DNA of 63,866 bases, filler included, from Craspedostauros australis (Eukaryota): NCBI GenBank assembly GCA_030167865.1. It is 12 parts of 12 records of this genome, joined end to end, with 100 filler letters (N's around TTAATTAATTAA, not from the genome) between each part and the next. Parts side by side here need not be neighbours in the genome. Positions count along the whole stretch, not along the records: positions 46,576 to 48,537 come from JALAGF010003729.1; positions 48,638 to 50,599 come from JALAGF010003730.1; positions 50,700 to 52,661 come from JALAGF010003731.1; positions 52,762 to 60,383 come from JALAGF010003732.1; 8 more parts are not named here. The stretch is one strand, 5' to 3'. The position numbers were made by a program, and so were the translations under genes. How positions within the stretch are numbered: the first letter of the stretch is position 1; every line of letters begins with the position of its first letter. Under the pieces are notes generated by a model. That model did no database searches and had not been told where the DNA came from. It worked only from the letters and a program-made list of their open reading frames with translations. Below, one piece after another: positions 46,576-57,620 of this stretch.

Positions 46576-48537
46576 GCTCCGAAGATGGACTCGCCTGATA
46601 TCTCTATCCACGCCGTGCGGTGGTCCCAGCTCCCAAACTTGCTATATCCTGCTCGCTGGACCACCACTGAGTCGGAGACCCAGATGCCGTCGATGACTCT
46701 GTCCGTCTCTGCGCGTATGTGAGTTGGGACTGGAGCTTTTTGTGGGTGCTTGCTGAGTACAGCCTCTCTGAGTCCTTGCCTGTGTAGCATGGTCGCCATT
46801 TGCGAGTTCGTCACCTTCATGTTGATGTCTCCGCCGAGGATGATTGTTTCCCCTTGACCATGCCATTTCTGTATCTCGTTTGCGAGGTCTTCCAGAAGCA
46901 CCGTGATCGGTGGCGTCTCGATTCCCTGGGATTCCAGCCATGCTGCCTGTTGGTTTGCGACTGTGCGCGGCCCTTTCCCTGACTTTGTTGGGATGTAGAC
47001 GCTTACGATTCGTACCGTCTTGTCGTTTCGCCCCCGGAGCGTCATGCTGGACCACCTCCCCAACTTTCTTGGGTCGTCCTCTGAGGTTTTGTGTCGTCCT
47101 GCTGCGCTGCCGACTAGTAGGCATCCTGTGCCTCCCCATTGCCGTATGGGCCCCATCTTCTCTTGTTTATTGTGTGCCATGGTTTGGCGCCACGAGTTGA
47201 ACTGTCCTTTGATTCGTGCGTGCCACGAGTGGCGTTTGGCTACCTTTGACCAGTTCAACCCAATTTCGGAGAACAGCACCATGTCGAGCTTCATTGTCTT
47301 TGTCCACTCCCATGTGTCGCGGTTCTTCCAGTGACCAGTCTCTTCAGGAAGACATCCCACGTTGAGGGCACCTATTCGTATTGCTTGGCGCCCTTTGTCG
47401 CGAGGGTTGTCGCCCCAATGGGAGACCTGGAGGCCGTGCTCATTCCGACGCACTTCCTCCCCGGTTGCATCCGTTGGGCTTGCGGAGGTGGGTGTTGATG
47501 CTTCCCCGCCCTCCAGCCCTTCGTTAGTCTTGAGATTGGCCCCCTGCCGTGCTTGAGCCGGGGGTCCCGGAGTGGTCAGGCTCTGCTTCAGCGTGCTTCG
47601 CCCTTAACTCCTCGATGATCCGGTCTTTCTCAATGAGCTCTTGTTGTTGCTTCTCCAGCTTCTTTCTGTTGACCTCGGCCTGTTGTGCTTCGCGTGCTTG
47701 CCTCATGACTGTTGCTAGCTCGTCTTGCTTCACTTCCTCCCTGTCATCGACTGACTCCACGACACTGTAAATGGTTGATGCTCGCGACTTCCCGCATTCC
47801 GAGCGGAATGTTTGGTAGGACTCATCTTCCAGCCGGGGTTTTTTGGCCACAGGGGATCCTGATGGTGAGTCATCTTGAACCTCCTCCATCCCTTCGATCT
47901 CCACTTCTCCCATCTCTTCGTCCATGATGAAATCTAGTTCGCCTTCAAACTCCACATCTTCGTATCCTTTTCCTGTGGCGTCCTTGGCGTACCCCGCACT
48001 CATCTCTAGGATGTTGTCGTCGAACCAATCGTCTGTGGATTCGTTGATCTCCGTTCTGCATCGGATGGCGATGGAGTTGAGGACGTTTTTGGCTTGATCG
48101 TAGCGGTCGTCGAATGCGACTATGCTGAGTGCGTCTTCGTCTCCGTCGATCATGTGCGTGGTGCTGACATCATGGATGAACGGATTTCCTTCTGGCGTTT
48201 GTTGTTGGCTGAGGAACTCTCGCAGGGTGGTTGTCCCTGTGCGCCCATCTTTGGTGTCCAGCATTACATCGCCGTCCAGTCGGAACCGTTTGAGCTGCTT
48301 GACATAGCGTTGGTGCTTTCGTGTCATCTTTCTGAGCTTCGTCGCGGTGTCGGCGCCAATGGTAGCTGTTCCTGGGTTCGGTACGAACCTGTAGTTCAGC
48401 CCCCCTCGGTCGGCTCCTTTCGTGTTGAACACCTTGCCCAGAGCTTTCGCCACTTTCCGGGCATGCGTGGTATTCGCATGGAGATGTAAGGCCACCCATG
48501 GAGTGTTTATCCATGTGCCTCCGTTCTTTTTGTGTTC
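46576..48537 (-). mobile_element. Non-LTR retrotransposon fragment, variant 1: ORF1 3' part (48537-47524) and APE domain
   Basis: ORF1 with acidic region and C-terminal coiled coil. The APE segment is identical to that in 44049-45188. Confidence 0.9.
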
Positions 48538-48637
48538 NNNNNNNNNNNNNNNNNNNNNNNNNNNNNNNNNNNNNNNNNNNNTTAATTAATTAANNNNNNN
48601 NNNNNNNNNNNNNNNNNNNNNNNNNNNNNNNNNNNNN

Positions 48638-50599
48638 GCTCCGAAGATGGACTCGCCTGATATCTCTATCCACGCCGTGCGGTGGTCCCAGCTCCCAAAC
48701 TTGCTATATCCTGCTCGCTGGACCACCACTGAGTCGGAGACCCAGATGCCGTCGATGACTCTGTCCGTCTCTGCGCGTATGTGAGTTGGGACTGGAGCTT
48801 TTTGTGGGTGCTTGCTGAGTACAGCCTCTCTGAGTCCTTGCCTGTGTAGCATGGTCGCCATTTGCGAGTTCGTCACCTTCATGTTGATGTCTCCGCCGAG
48901 GATGATTGTTTCCCCTTGACCATGCCATTTCTGTATCTCGTTTGCGAGGTCTTCCAGAAGCACCGTGATCGGTGGCGTCTCGATTCCCTGGGATTCCAGC
49001 CATGCTGCCTGTTGGTTTGCGACTGTGCGCGGCCCTTTCCCTGACTTTGTTGGGATGTAGACGCTTACGATTCGTACCGTCTTGTCGTTTCGCCCCCGGA
49101 GCGTCATGCTGGACCACCTCCCCAACTTTCTTGGGTCGTCCTCTGAGGTTTTGTGTCGTCCTGCTGCGCTGCCGACTAGTAGGCATCCTGTGCCTCCCCA
49201 TTGCCGTATGGGCCCCATCTTCTCTTGTTTATTGTGTGCCATGGTTTGGCGCCACGAGTTGAACTGTCCTTTGATTCGTGCGTGCCACGAGTGGCGTTTG
49301 GCTACCTTTGACCAGTTCAACCCAATTTCGGAGAACAGCACCATGTCGAGCTTCATTGTCTTTGTCCACTCCCATGTGTCGCGGTTCTTCCAGTGACCAG
49401 TCTCTTCAGGAAGACATCCCACGTTGAGGGCACCTATTCGTATTGCTTGGCGCCCTTTGTCGCGAGGGTTGTCGCCCCAATGGGAGACCTGGAGGCCGTG
49501 CTCATTCCGACGCACTTCCTCCCCGGTTGCATCCGTTGGGCTTGCGGAGGTGGGTGTTGATGCTTCCCCGCCCTCCAGCCCTTCGTTAGTCTTGAGATTG
49601 GCCCCCTGCCGTGCTTGAGCCGGGGGTCCCGGAGTGGTCAGGCTCTGCTTCAGCGTGCTTCGCCCTTAACTCCTCGATGATCCGGTCTTTCTCAATGAGC
49701 TCTTGTTGTTGCTTCTCCAGCTTCTTTCTGTTGACCTCGGCCTGTTGTGCTTCGCGTGCTTGCCTCATGACTGTTGCTAGCTCGTCTTGCTTCACTTCCT
49801 CCCTGTCATCGACTGACTCCACGACACTGTAGATGGTTGATGCTCGCGACTTCCCGCATTCCGAGCGGAATGTTTGGTAGGACTCGTCTTCCAGCCGGGT
49901 TTTTTTGGCCACGAGGGATCCTGATGGTGAGTCATCTTGAACCTCCTCCATCCCTTCGATCTCCACTTCTCCCATCTCTTCGTCCATGATGAAATCGAGT
50001 TCGCCTTCAAACTCCACNTCTTCGTATCCTTTTCCTGTGGCGTCCTTGGCGTACCCCGCACTCATCTCTAGGATGTTGTCGTCGAACCAATCGTCTGTGG
50101 ATTCGTTGATCTCCGTTCTGCATCGGATGGCGATGGAGTTGAGGACGTTTTTGGCTTGATCGTAGCGGTCGTCGAATGCGACTATGCTGAGTGCGTCTTC
50201 GTCTCCGTCGATCATGTGCGTGGTGCTGACATCATGGATGAACGGATTTCCTTCTGGCGTTTGTTGTTGGCTGAGGAACTCTCGCAGGGTGGTTGTCCCT
50301 GTGCGCCCATCTTTGGTGTCCAGCATTACATCGCCGTCCAGTCGGAACCGTTTGAGCTGCTTGACATAGCGTTGGTGCTTTCGTGTCATCTTTCTGAGCT
50401 TCGTCGCGGTGTCGGCGCCAATGGTAGCTGTTCCTGGGTTCGGTACGAACCTGTAGTTCAGCCCCCCTCGGTCGGCTCCTTTCGTGTTGAACACCTTGCC
50501 CAGAGCTTTCGCCACTTTCCGGGCATGCGTGGTATTCGCATGGAGATGTAAGGCCACCCATGGAGTGTTTATCCATGTGCCTCCGTTCTTTTTGTGTTC
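48638..50599 (-). mobile_element. Non-LTR retrotransposon fragment, variant 2 (ORF1 50599-49586 and APE)
   Basis: Same 1962 bp and same ends as variant 1, with a few SNPs in ORF1. Confidence 0.9.
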
Positions 50600-50699
50600 N
50601 NNNNNNNNNNNNNNNNNNNNNNNNNNNNNNNNNNNNNNNNNNNTTAATTAATTAANNNNNNNNNNNNNNNNNNNNNNNNNNNNNNNNNNNNNNNNNNNN

Positions 50700-52661
50700 G
50701 CTCCGAAGATGGACTCGCCTGATATCTCTATCCACGCCGTGCGGTGGTCCCAGCTCCCAAACTTGCTATATCCTGCTCGCTGGACCACCACTGAGTCGGA
50801 GACCCAGATGCCGTCGATGACTCTGTCCGTCTCTGCGCGTATGTGAGTTGGGACTGGAGCTTTTTGTGGGTGCTTGCTGAGTACAGCCTCTCTGAGTCCT
50901 TGCCTGTGTAGCATGGTCGCCATTTGCGAGTTCGTCACCTTCATGTTGATGTCTCCGCCGAGGATGATTGTTTCCCCTTGACCATGCCATTTCTGTATCT
51001 CGTTTGCGAGGTCTTCCAGAAGCACCGTGATCGGTGGCGTCTCGATTCCCTGGGATTCCAGCCATGCTGCCTGTTGGTTTGCGACTGTGCGCGGCCCTTT
51101 CCCTGACTTTGTTGGGATGTAGACGCTTACGATTCGTACCGTCTTGTCGTTTCGCCCCCGGAGCGTCATGCTGGACCACCTCCCCAACTTTCTTGGGTCG
51201 TCCTCTGAGGTTTTGTGTCGTCCTGCTGCGCTGCCGACTAGTAGGCATCCTGTGCCTCCCCATTGCCGTATGGGCCCCATCTTCTCTTGTTTATTGTGTG
51301 CCATGGTTTGGCGCCACGAGTTGAACTGTCCTTTGATTCGTGCGTGCCACGAGTGGCGTTTGGCTACCTTTGACCAGTTCAACCCAATTTCGGAGAACAG
51401 CACCATGTCGAGCTTCATTGTCTTTGTCCACTCCCATGTGTCGCGGTTCTTCCAGTGACCAGTCTCTTCAGGAAGACATCCCACGTTGAGGGCACCTATT
51501 CGTATTGCTTGGCGCCCTTTGTCGCGAGGGTTGTCGCCCCAATGGGAGACCTGGAGGCCGTGCTCATTCCGACGCACTTCCTCCCCGGTTGCATCCGTTG
51601 GGCTTGCGGAGGTGGGTGTTGATGCTTCCCCGCCCTCCAGCCCTTCGTTAGTCTTGAGATTGGCCCCCTGCCGTGCTTGAGCCGGGGGTCCCGGAGTGGT
51701 CAGGCTCTGCTTCAGCGTGCTTCGCCCTTAACTCCTCGATGATCCGGTCTTTCTCAATGAGCTCTTGTTGTTGCTTCTCCAGCTTCTTTCTGTTGACCTC
51801 GGCCTGTTGTGCTTCGCGTGCTTGCCTCATGACTGTTGCGAGCTCGTCTTGCTTCACTTCCTCCCTGTCATCGACTGACTCCGCTACACTGTAGATGGTT
51901 GATGCTCGCGACTTCCCGCATTCCGAGCGGAATGTTTGGTAGGACTCGTCTTCCAGCCGGGGTTTTTTGGCCACGGGGGATCCTGATGGTGAGTCATCTT
52001 GAACCTCCTCCATCCCTTCGATCTCCACTTCTCCCATCTCTTCGTCCATGATGAAATCGAGTTCGCCTTCAAACTCCACNTCTTCGTATCCTTTTCCTGT
52101 GGCGTCCTTGGCGTACCCCGCACTCATCTCTAGGATGTTGTCGTCGAACCAATCGTCTGTGGATTCGTTGATCTCCGTTCTGCATCGGATGGCGATGGAG
52201 TTGAGGACGTTTTTGGCTTGATCGTAGCGGTCGTCGAATGCGACTATGCTGAGTGCGTCTTCGTCTCCGTCGATCATGTGCGTGGTGCTGACATCATGGA
52301 TGAACGGATTTCCTTCTGGCGTTTGTTGTTGGCTGAGGAACTCTCGCAGGGTGGTTGTCCCTGTGCGCCCATCTTTGGTGTCCAGCATTACATCGCCGTC
52401 CAGTCGGAACCGTTTGAGCTGCTTGACATAGCGTTGGTGCTTTCGTGTCATCTTTCTGAGCTTCGTCGCGGTGTCGGCGCCAATGGTAGCTGTTCCTGGG
52501 TTCGGTACGAACCTGTAGTTCAGCCCCCCTCGGTCGGCTCCTTTCGTGTTGAACACCTTGCCCAGAGCTTTCGCCACTTTCCGGGCATGCGTGGTATTCG
52601 CATGGAGATGTAAGGCCACCCATGGAGTGTTTATCCATGTGCCTCCGTTCTTTTTGTGTTC
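50700..52661 (-). mobile_element. Non-LTR retrotransposon fragment, variant 3 (ORF1 52661-51648 and APE)
   Basis: Same 1962 bp and same ends as variants 1 and 2, with a few SNPs in ORF1. Confidence 0.9.
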
Positions 52662-52763
52662 NNNNNNNNNNNNNNNNNNNNNNNNNNNNNNNNNNNNNNN
52701 NNNNNTTAATTAATTAANNNNNNNNNNNNNNNNNNNNNNNNNNNNNNNNNNNNNNNNNNNNGT

Positions 52764-53417
52764 GGATGGGAGGATGAGGGTCAGCTCCAGGAGCAGTTCC
52801 TCACCCGTAAGGGATTCGCCTTCAACGCCGACAAGCCAGGAATGATGGAGCAGCAGGCCGATCTCTTCAAGTCCGCCCTCAAGAACGTCGACGTCACCTT
52901 CCAGAACTTGGACTCGTCCGAGATCTCCATCACCGACGTGTCCCACTACTACGATTCCGATCCAACCAAGGTCGTCCAGGGACTCCAGGACGACGGCAGA
53001 AAGCCAATGTCTCTCATGGCCGACACCACCACCGCCAACGCTCAGGTCCGCACCCTCTCCGAGACCGTCCGTCTCGATGCCCGCACTAAGCTCCTCAATC
53101 CAAAGTTCTACGAGGGTATGCTCGGAACCGGTTACGAGGGTGTCCGCGAGATCCAGAAGCGTCTCCGCAACACCATGGGATGGTCCGCCACCGCTGGTGA
53201 GGTCGACAACTTCGTCTTCGAGGACGCCAACTCTGTCTTCATTGAGGATGCCGAGATGCAGCAGCGTCTCCTGGATACCAACCCAAATGCATTCCGTGAC
53301 ATGGTCACCACCTTCCTCGAGGCCAACGGTCGTGGATACTGGGAGACCACCGACGAGAACATCGAGCGTCTGCAGGAGCTGTACGCCGAGGTCGAGGACC
53401 GCATCGAGGGAGTCTAA
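52764..53417 (+). CDS. chlH: Magnesium chelatase subunit H, C-terminal part (5' partial)
   Basis: [54 protein letters not shown] and VEDRIEGV*. Confidence 0.97.
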   Translation, partial: GWEDEGQLQEQFLTRKGFAFNADKPGMMEQQADLFKSALKNVDVTFQNLDSSEISITDVSHYYDSDPTKVVQGLQDDGRKPMSLMADTTTANAQVRTLSETVRLDARTKLLNPKFYEGMLGTGYEGVREIQKRLRNTMGWSATAGEVDNFVFEDANSVFIEDAEMQQRLLDTNPNAFRDMVTTFLEANGRGYWETTDENIERLQELYAEVEDRIEGV

Positions 53418-53678
53418 ACTCCTTTCGAATGAAACGTGTACATGCATGCGTGAACACTTACCGCAGCGGCCATCAGCTCCACACCATGGAGCTGCGACTG
53501 CTGCTGAGATACCCCTGATCCTCTGATCGTGCGGAGGATCGGTCTTCTTTCGCGTTGTGTGAACGAACTACTTGCACAAGGAGGAATTGAACGACGAAAC
53601 AGACACGCTTACGCACATGCACACGAAGCGGACGAAACACAACTACATGCACCGCAACGACAACAATGACGACGACGA

Positions 53679-54250
53679 ATGACCAACATATTTACTGTAC
53701 AAAGGGTGACGGGGGACGGAGGACGGGGGTTGCTGGCAACGCTGGAATTCTCGGTGATGCCATTTTCTGCGAAGAGGAAATGGCTGACCGAGGCACCAAC
53801 CTGCACACAACTGTTTGGAGATTGCTATTCCGCAGAGCAGAATAATCCTTATGTATCTTTAGTCGACCGCACTGCCACACCAAATCATGCTCATGCCCCG
53901 CGTTGCTCTACCTGTGTCAGAGTTCTACGAGCTACTCATAGGAGAAGACAGATGTTTGGTCGCAGCAAATCCTTCGTACCATGCTCCCAACACAGACGCG
54001 CCTGGCATGAAAGCCGCGACACCAGCCGATCCAAGGCAAATCCACGGGTCGAAAACGACCATCTACCAAGAAGCCGCGAAGGCAAGTCCAAGCAACACGC
54101 TGCCATTTGTCATGACTGCGCTTCCATGGATCCCACGCAACAGATGGAATGTGGTCCATGATGCATGGTGCATGATGGATGGGCTTGGTGTTATTATTGC
54201 AGAACCCGTGTTTAAGCCCATTCGGGAGACCGACCGAGTACAAGTATTGT
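53679..54250 (+). pseudogene. Possible decayed SET-domain gene fragment
   Basis: GDGGRGLLAT is followed after a frameshift by GDAIFCEE, resembling the SET N-terminal GRGLxAT...GxxIxxE motif. No catalytic NHSC motif is seen. Confidence 0.25.
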
Positions 54251-55447
54251 AACATATCACAATCACAAGTGTTGGGTTTGGTTGGGTGCATGGTATGCAG
54301 TCTCGTCCATTTAGGACGACCCGAGGGAAAAGCAGCGGACAGGGGCGTGATCATTGACGCATGATTGTTGCGATCATTGCAATACTTTCATGATACTGTC
54401 GAGTGGAAACAGCGGAAGGAGTGGAAGCAAAGGGCGAAGAATGTATTATAGATCTTACAGGACTGGCAGAAGAAGGAGCAGCATGTGGTGTGATATGCTC
54501 ATGGATGAATACATGGATGGATAGATGGAAAGAGGGATGAGCACTCACAGCGTGCCATACACTGATGACACGCGCAGACCAGCAGACAAGCAGATCAGCG
54601 GCCCGCATTGCATTCCCTGTTGCGTCACGGTACACAACGCAGCATCACCCATTTACTACTACCTGCCTCGTGAAGGCACACAACTCAAACAAAACCCACC
54701 CATCCGCCGCAATCCACCATCATCCGCATTCATCACCGCCGTCGATGCCAGTGAAAGATACGACGGTTCATCTCGACCGCCTTCCCGCAACTCAAGAACC
54801 CCGCATGCTCTCCTTCGCGATGCTCCCAACTGCACTTGCGCATTGATTGCTGCTGTCAGCCACCACGATCTTTATCCTTGTGATGCGACGGGATGGTAAC
54901 TGCTCAATCGAATTAGATTAATTGTGACCAACAAACGCAGTTACGCTCGTGACTTTCACTTTTCGGAGCTTTCATTCACATTCACATTCACATTCGTGCC
55001 TCATCTCGGTACTTTCGAGGGAAATTGACTTGGCAGCATCGATCTTGCAGATGCAGCGGCTATCCAGTAAGCGTCGGCCATCCAATAAGCATCGGCCATG
55101 TTCGTCTTGTCGCTCGGAGTGGCGGTGGTGGTGGCAGGTCTCTCTCGCTTAGGACCTCCATGATGTGTTCTTTGGGCAGATGGATCTCGCATTATGCACG
55201 ACTGGTTGGGCACATTTTGTCGCGCCCATGCAGTCCTCCAGATCACAGCAAAACCTCGGCAAACCCAACTTTGTGAGCATGTGTGTTGATGTCCGCACGG
55301 AATCCGTGCCACAAAAACAACAGTTGTATCACACAAAACCGTACCAACCACAATACACACGAGAGTACATACGTACAACTGATTCGTTGATTCACTGTCG
55401 ATTTACTGCTTACTTCTGAGATGTATCATCTGTGGCTACTGCTCGTA

Positions 55448-55744
55448 CTACTTGTGCTTTGCTGCTGCCGATTGTGCTTTCGCTGCTGCCGATTGTGCTT
55501 GTGCTGCTCTCGATTGCGCCCTCCCAGCTTCCGCTCGTGCTATTGTCGCTTGTGATTTGGCTGCTGCCGATTGTGCTCTTGCAGCTGCTGACTGTGCATG
55601 TGCTGATGCCGACTGTGCTCTCCCCGCTGAAGCTTGTGCTTTTGCTCCGTGTGATTTTGCTGCTGCCGATTGTGCTTGTCGTGTCGATGTTTGCGCTTTT
55701 GCTGCTGCCGACTGCGCTTTTGCTGCTGATGCAGTTGCTTTCAT
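55448..55744 (-). CDS. Ala-rich basic heptad-repeat (AQSAAAK) microprotein, 98 aa
   Basis: ACCATG start after an A/C-rich leader. The 21-bp tandem units vary mostly at wobble positions. 43 of 98 residues are Ala. Confidence 0.55.
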   Translation of the reverse strand: MKATASAAKAQSAAAKAQTSTRQAQSAAAKSHGAKAQASAGRAQSASAHAQSAAARAQSAAAKSQATIARAEAGRAQSRAAQAQSAAAKAQSAAAKHK

Positions 55745-55874
55745 GGTTCGACGTAGCTTCTGTTTCTGTGGATTGGCGGTTGGATGCGTACCTGATGGCT
55801 GGATCTGTGGGTATTGCGTCCTGTCAATATTGTTGTCCTCCCGAGATCGCTGGCAGAATTGCTGTTGCACTGCT

Positions 55875-55895
55875 GAGAGAGAGAGAGAGAGAGAG
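55875..55895. repeat. (GA)n microsatellite
   Basis: Read directly from the sequence. Confidence 0.9.
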
Positions 55896-57089
55896 TCAGG
55901 AACGTCGCTATTGCCGGGCTGCAGATGTTGGTGGAGAAAGAAGAAAGGGGAGAACACTGCAACGCAAAGATCTGATCGTTTTTTCGATGGCGGGCGGACT
56001 AAGTGGGTCAATCAGTCAAGCGGCGCAGAGGGCGTGGGTATCCGTACCTGTGACGAGTGAGAGGGATGATTGCTGACAACTTGTGGCCTCGCTGGATGTT
56101 TGTTTCGATGCTTGTCCGATTTATGGGCAGAAGTGAACTTGTGGTTCAAAACGATGTTTTGCAAGCGCTCGCCCAAATACAAGCTGGTGAGTGCGTGGGG
56201 AAGGCGCTCAGATGTTGGTGGGAGGACAGTCGGGCGTTGTTTCCCAGCAGGGCACTTGCCTGTCTTGGACGAGGATACTGCCTGACTCGCTGGCGACAAC
56301 TAGTAACGTAGGAATGCATTGTAAAAACAATATGCAACCTACTCCATGAGTACTCGCCATTTGAAGTTCACCTTCTGTATCCATCATGCTGATCCTCTTC
56401 AGTCATCGGATCTTCACCTCCTGCTCTGACTTGGAGACAGATGTCGACGTGGTGACACGATGACATCCTGTCGACGTCAGTAGGCGTCCTTCTGCTCTCC
56501 AGATGTCACGTTCCATTGGTGATGCAGGAGCCTATCAGATGATATCATCATCTGAGGTTTAGTTGGGAAGTACCTCGAAATTCTCTTGGTACCATTGATG
56601 GATGGACGGACGAATTTCCAATTTCTCAGAAATCGTTATTTGCAAATTTCCTCCAGAAATCTTGCTCCTTTTGGTGTGTTTCGTTTCCCCTGTAATTCTG
56701 ACAAATCACAGTATACTATCGACACGAATGTAGTTATACCGTCCAAGTGCGTATGAGAGAATAACGGGTGAACGATGCACATATACACGTACATCTCGAC
56801 ATATACTCACATGTACATCTCGACAATGCAGGTCAATTCCACATTCCATTGCAGCAGAACACAGCAGAATACTGGTGAATTCCCCACAACGCATGACCAG
56901 GACTGATTTTGGCAGCAGGACCCAGCCAGACATGTTCCTATTGGTCCATTGGCCTGCCTGGGGCGGTAGGTTGAGGATTGGAGGTGGAAAGAGAGTGGGG
57001 GAAAAAGTGAAAAGTTTGACAGGTTGAATTTCAGCCAGGTAAAAACATAGAACTTGCTGGCTGATGTGACAGGTGGGCAGTACTGCTTT

Positions 57090-57620
57090 TCCCAAGTACC
57101 ACCTTGCAGATACCTTCATTTGGTACCATTAAACAAGACTGACAGGCTTGGTACCAATCCATGACTGGGAATGGCTGGTATTGGGCACTTGGTTGCAGGG
57201 GTCAGGCTGCACCCAATACTGAAAATGCCCAAGCAGCATGCCCAAATTCTGCTTGATCGCGTCACCACCCTGCAGGTACCTTAATTTGGATACGGCGGAT
57301 CCGAATATCGCCATTAATGACTGATCCGGGACTGGGAATGACTCCATATTTATCATAAGGGTCATTTTGCAGTTCTGTGTGCCCCAATGCCCCATTACCC
57401 AAGTACCAAAGATCAGGTACCTTCCATTTGGTGTACCACACACGGCCGGTACCATTATTGACCGATCCATGACTGGAAATGACTCATACTGGTCATTTGG
57501 GTCCCAGGACTCAACCTGCAGCAGATACTGCAAATGCCCAAGATGTACATGACCAATGCCCCTATTTTCGAGTACCAGCGTCAAGGTACCTTTATTTGGA
57601 TCGGGCTCACCCAAATACCA
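57090..57620. repeat. Degenerate tandem repeat, about 140-170-bp period, 3+ units
   Basis: TACCTT..ATTTGG at 57111, 57277, 57418 and 57587. ATCC..GACTGG.AATG.CT near 57157, 57325 and 57465. ATACTG.AAATGCCCAAG twice, about 310 bp apart. Confidence 0.7.

Noticed and set aside
46576..52661. Tandem array of three 2-kb retroelement units
   Set aside because: The units are separate contigs with identical endpoints separated by linkers, so they are alternative assembly paths rather than a demonstrated tandem array.
44049..52661. Diversity-generating retroelement or retron (RT plus variable repeats)
   Set aside because: The RT is fused to APE and has LINE motifs, there is no TR/VR pair, and the variants are not adenine-specific.
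55432..56076. Plus-strand Cys/Ala (CAFAAAD) and Leu-rich ORFs
   Set aside because: They have no ATG at the repeat and are shadows of the minus-strand heptad repeat.
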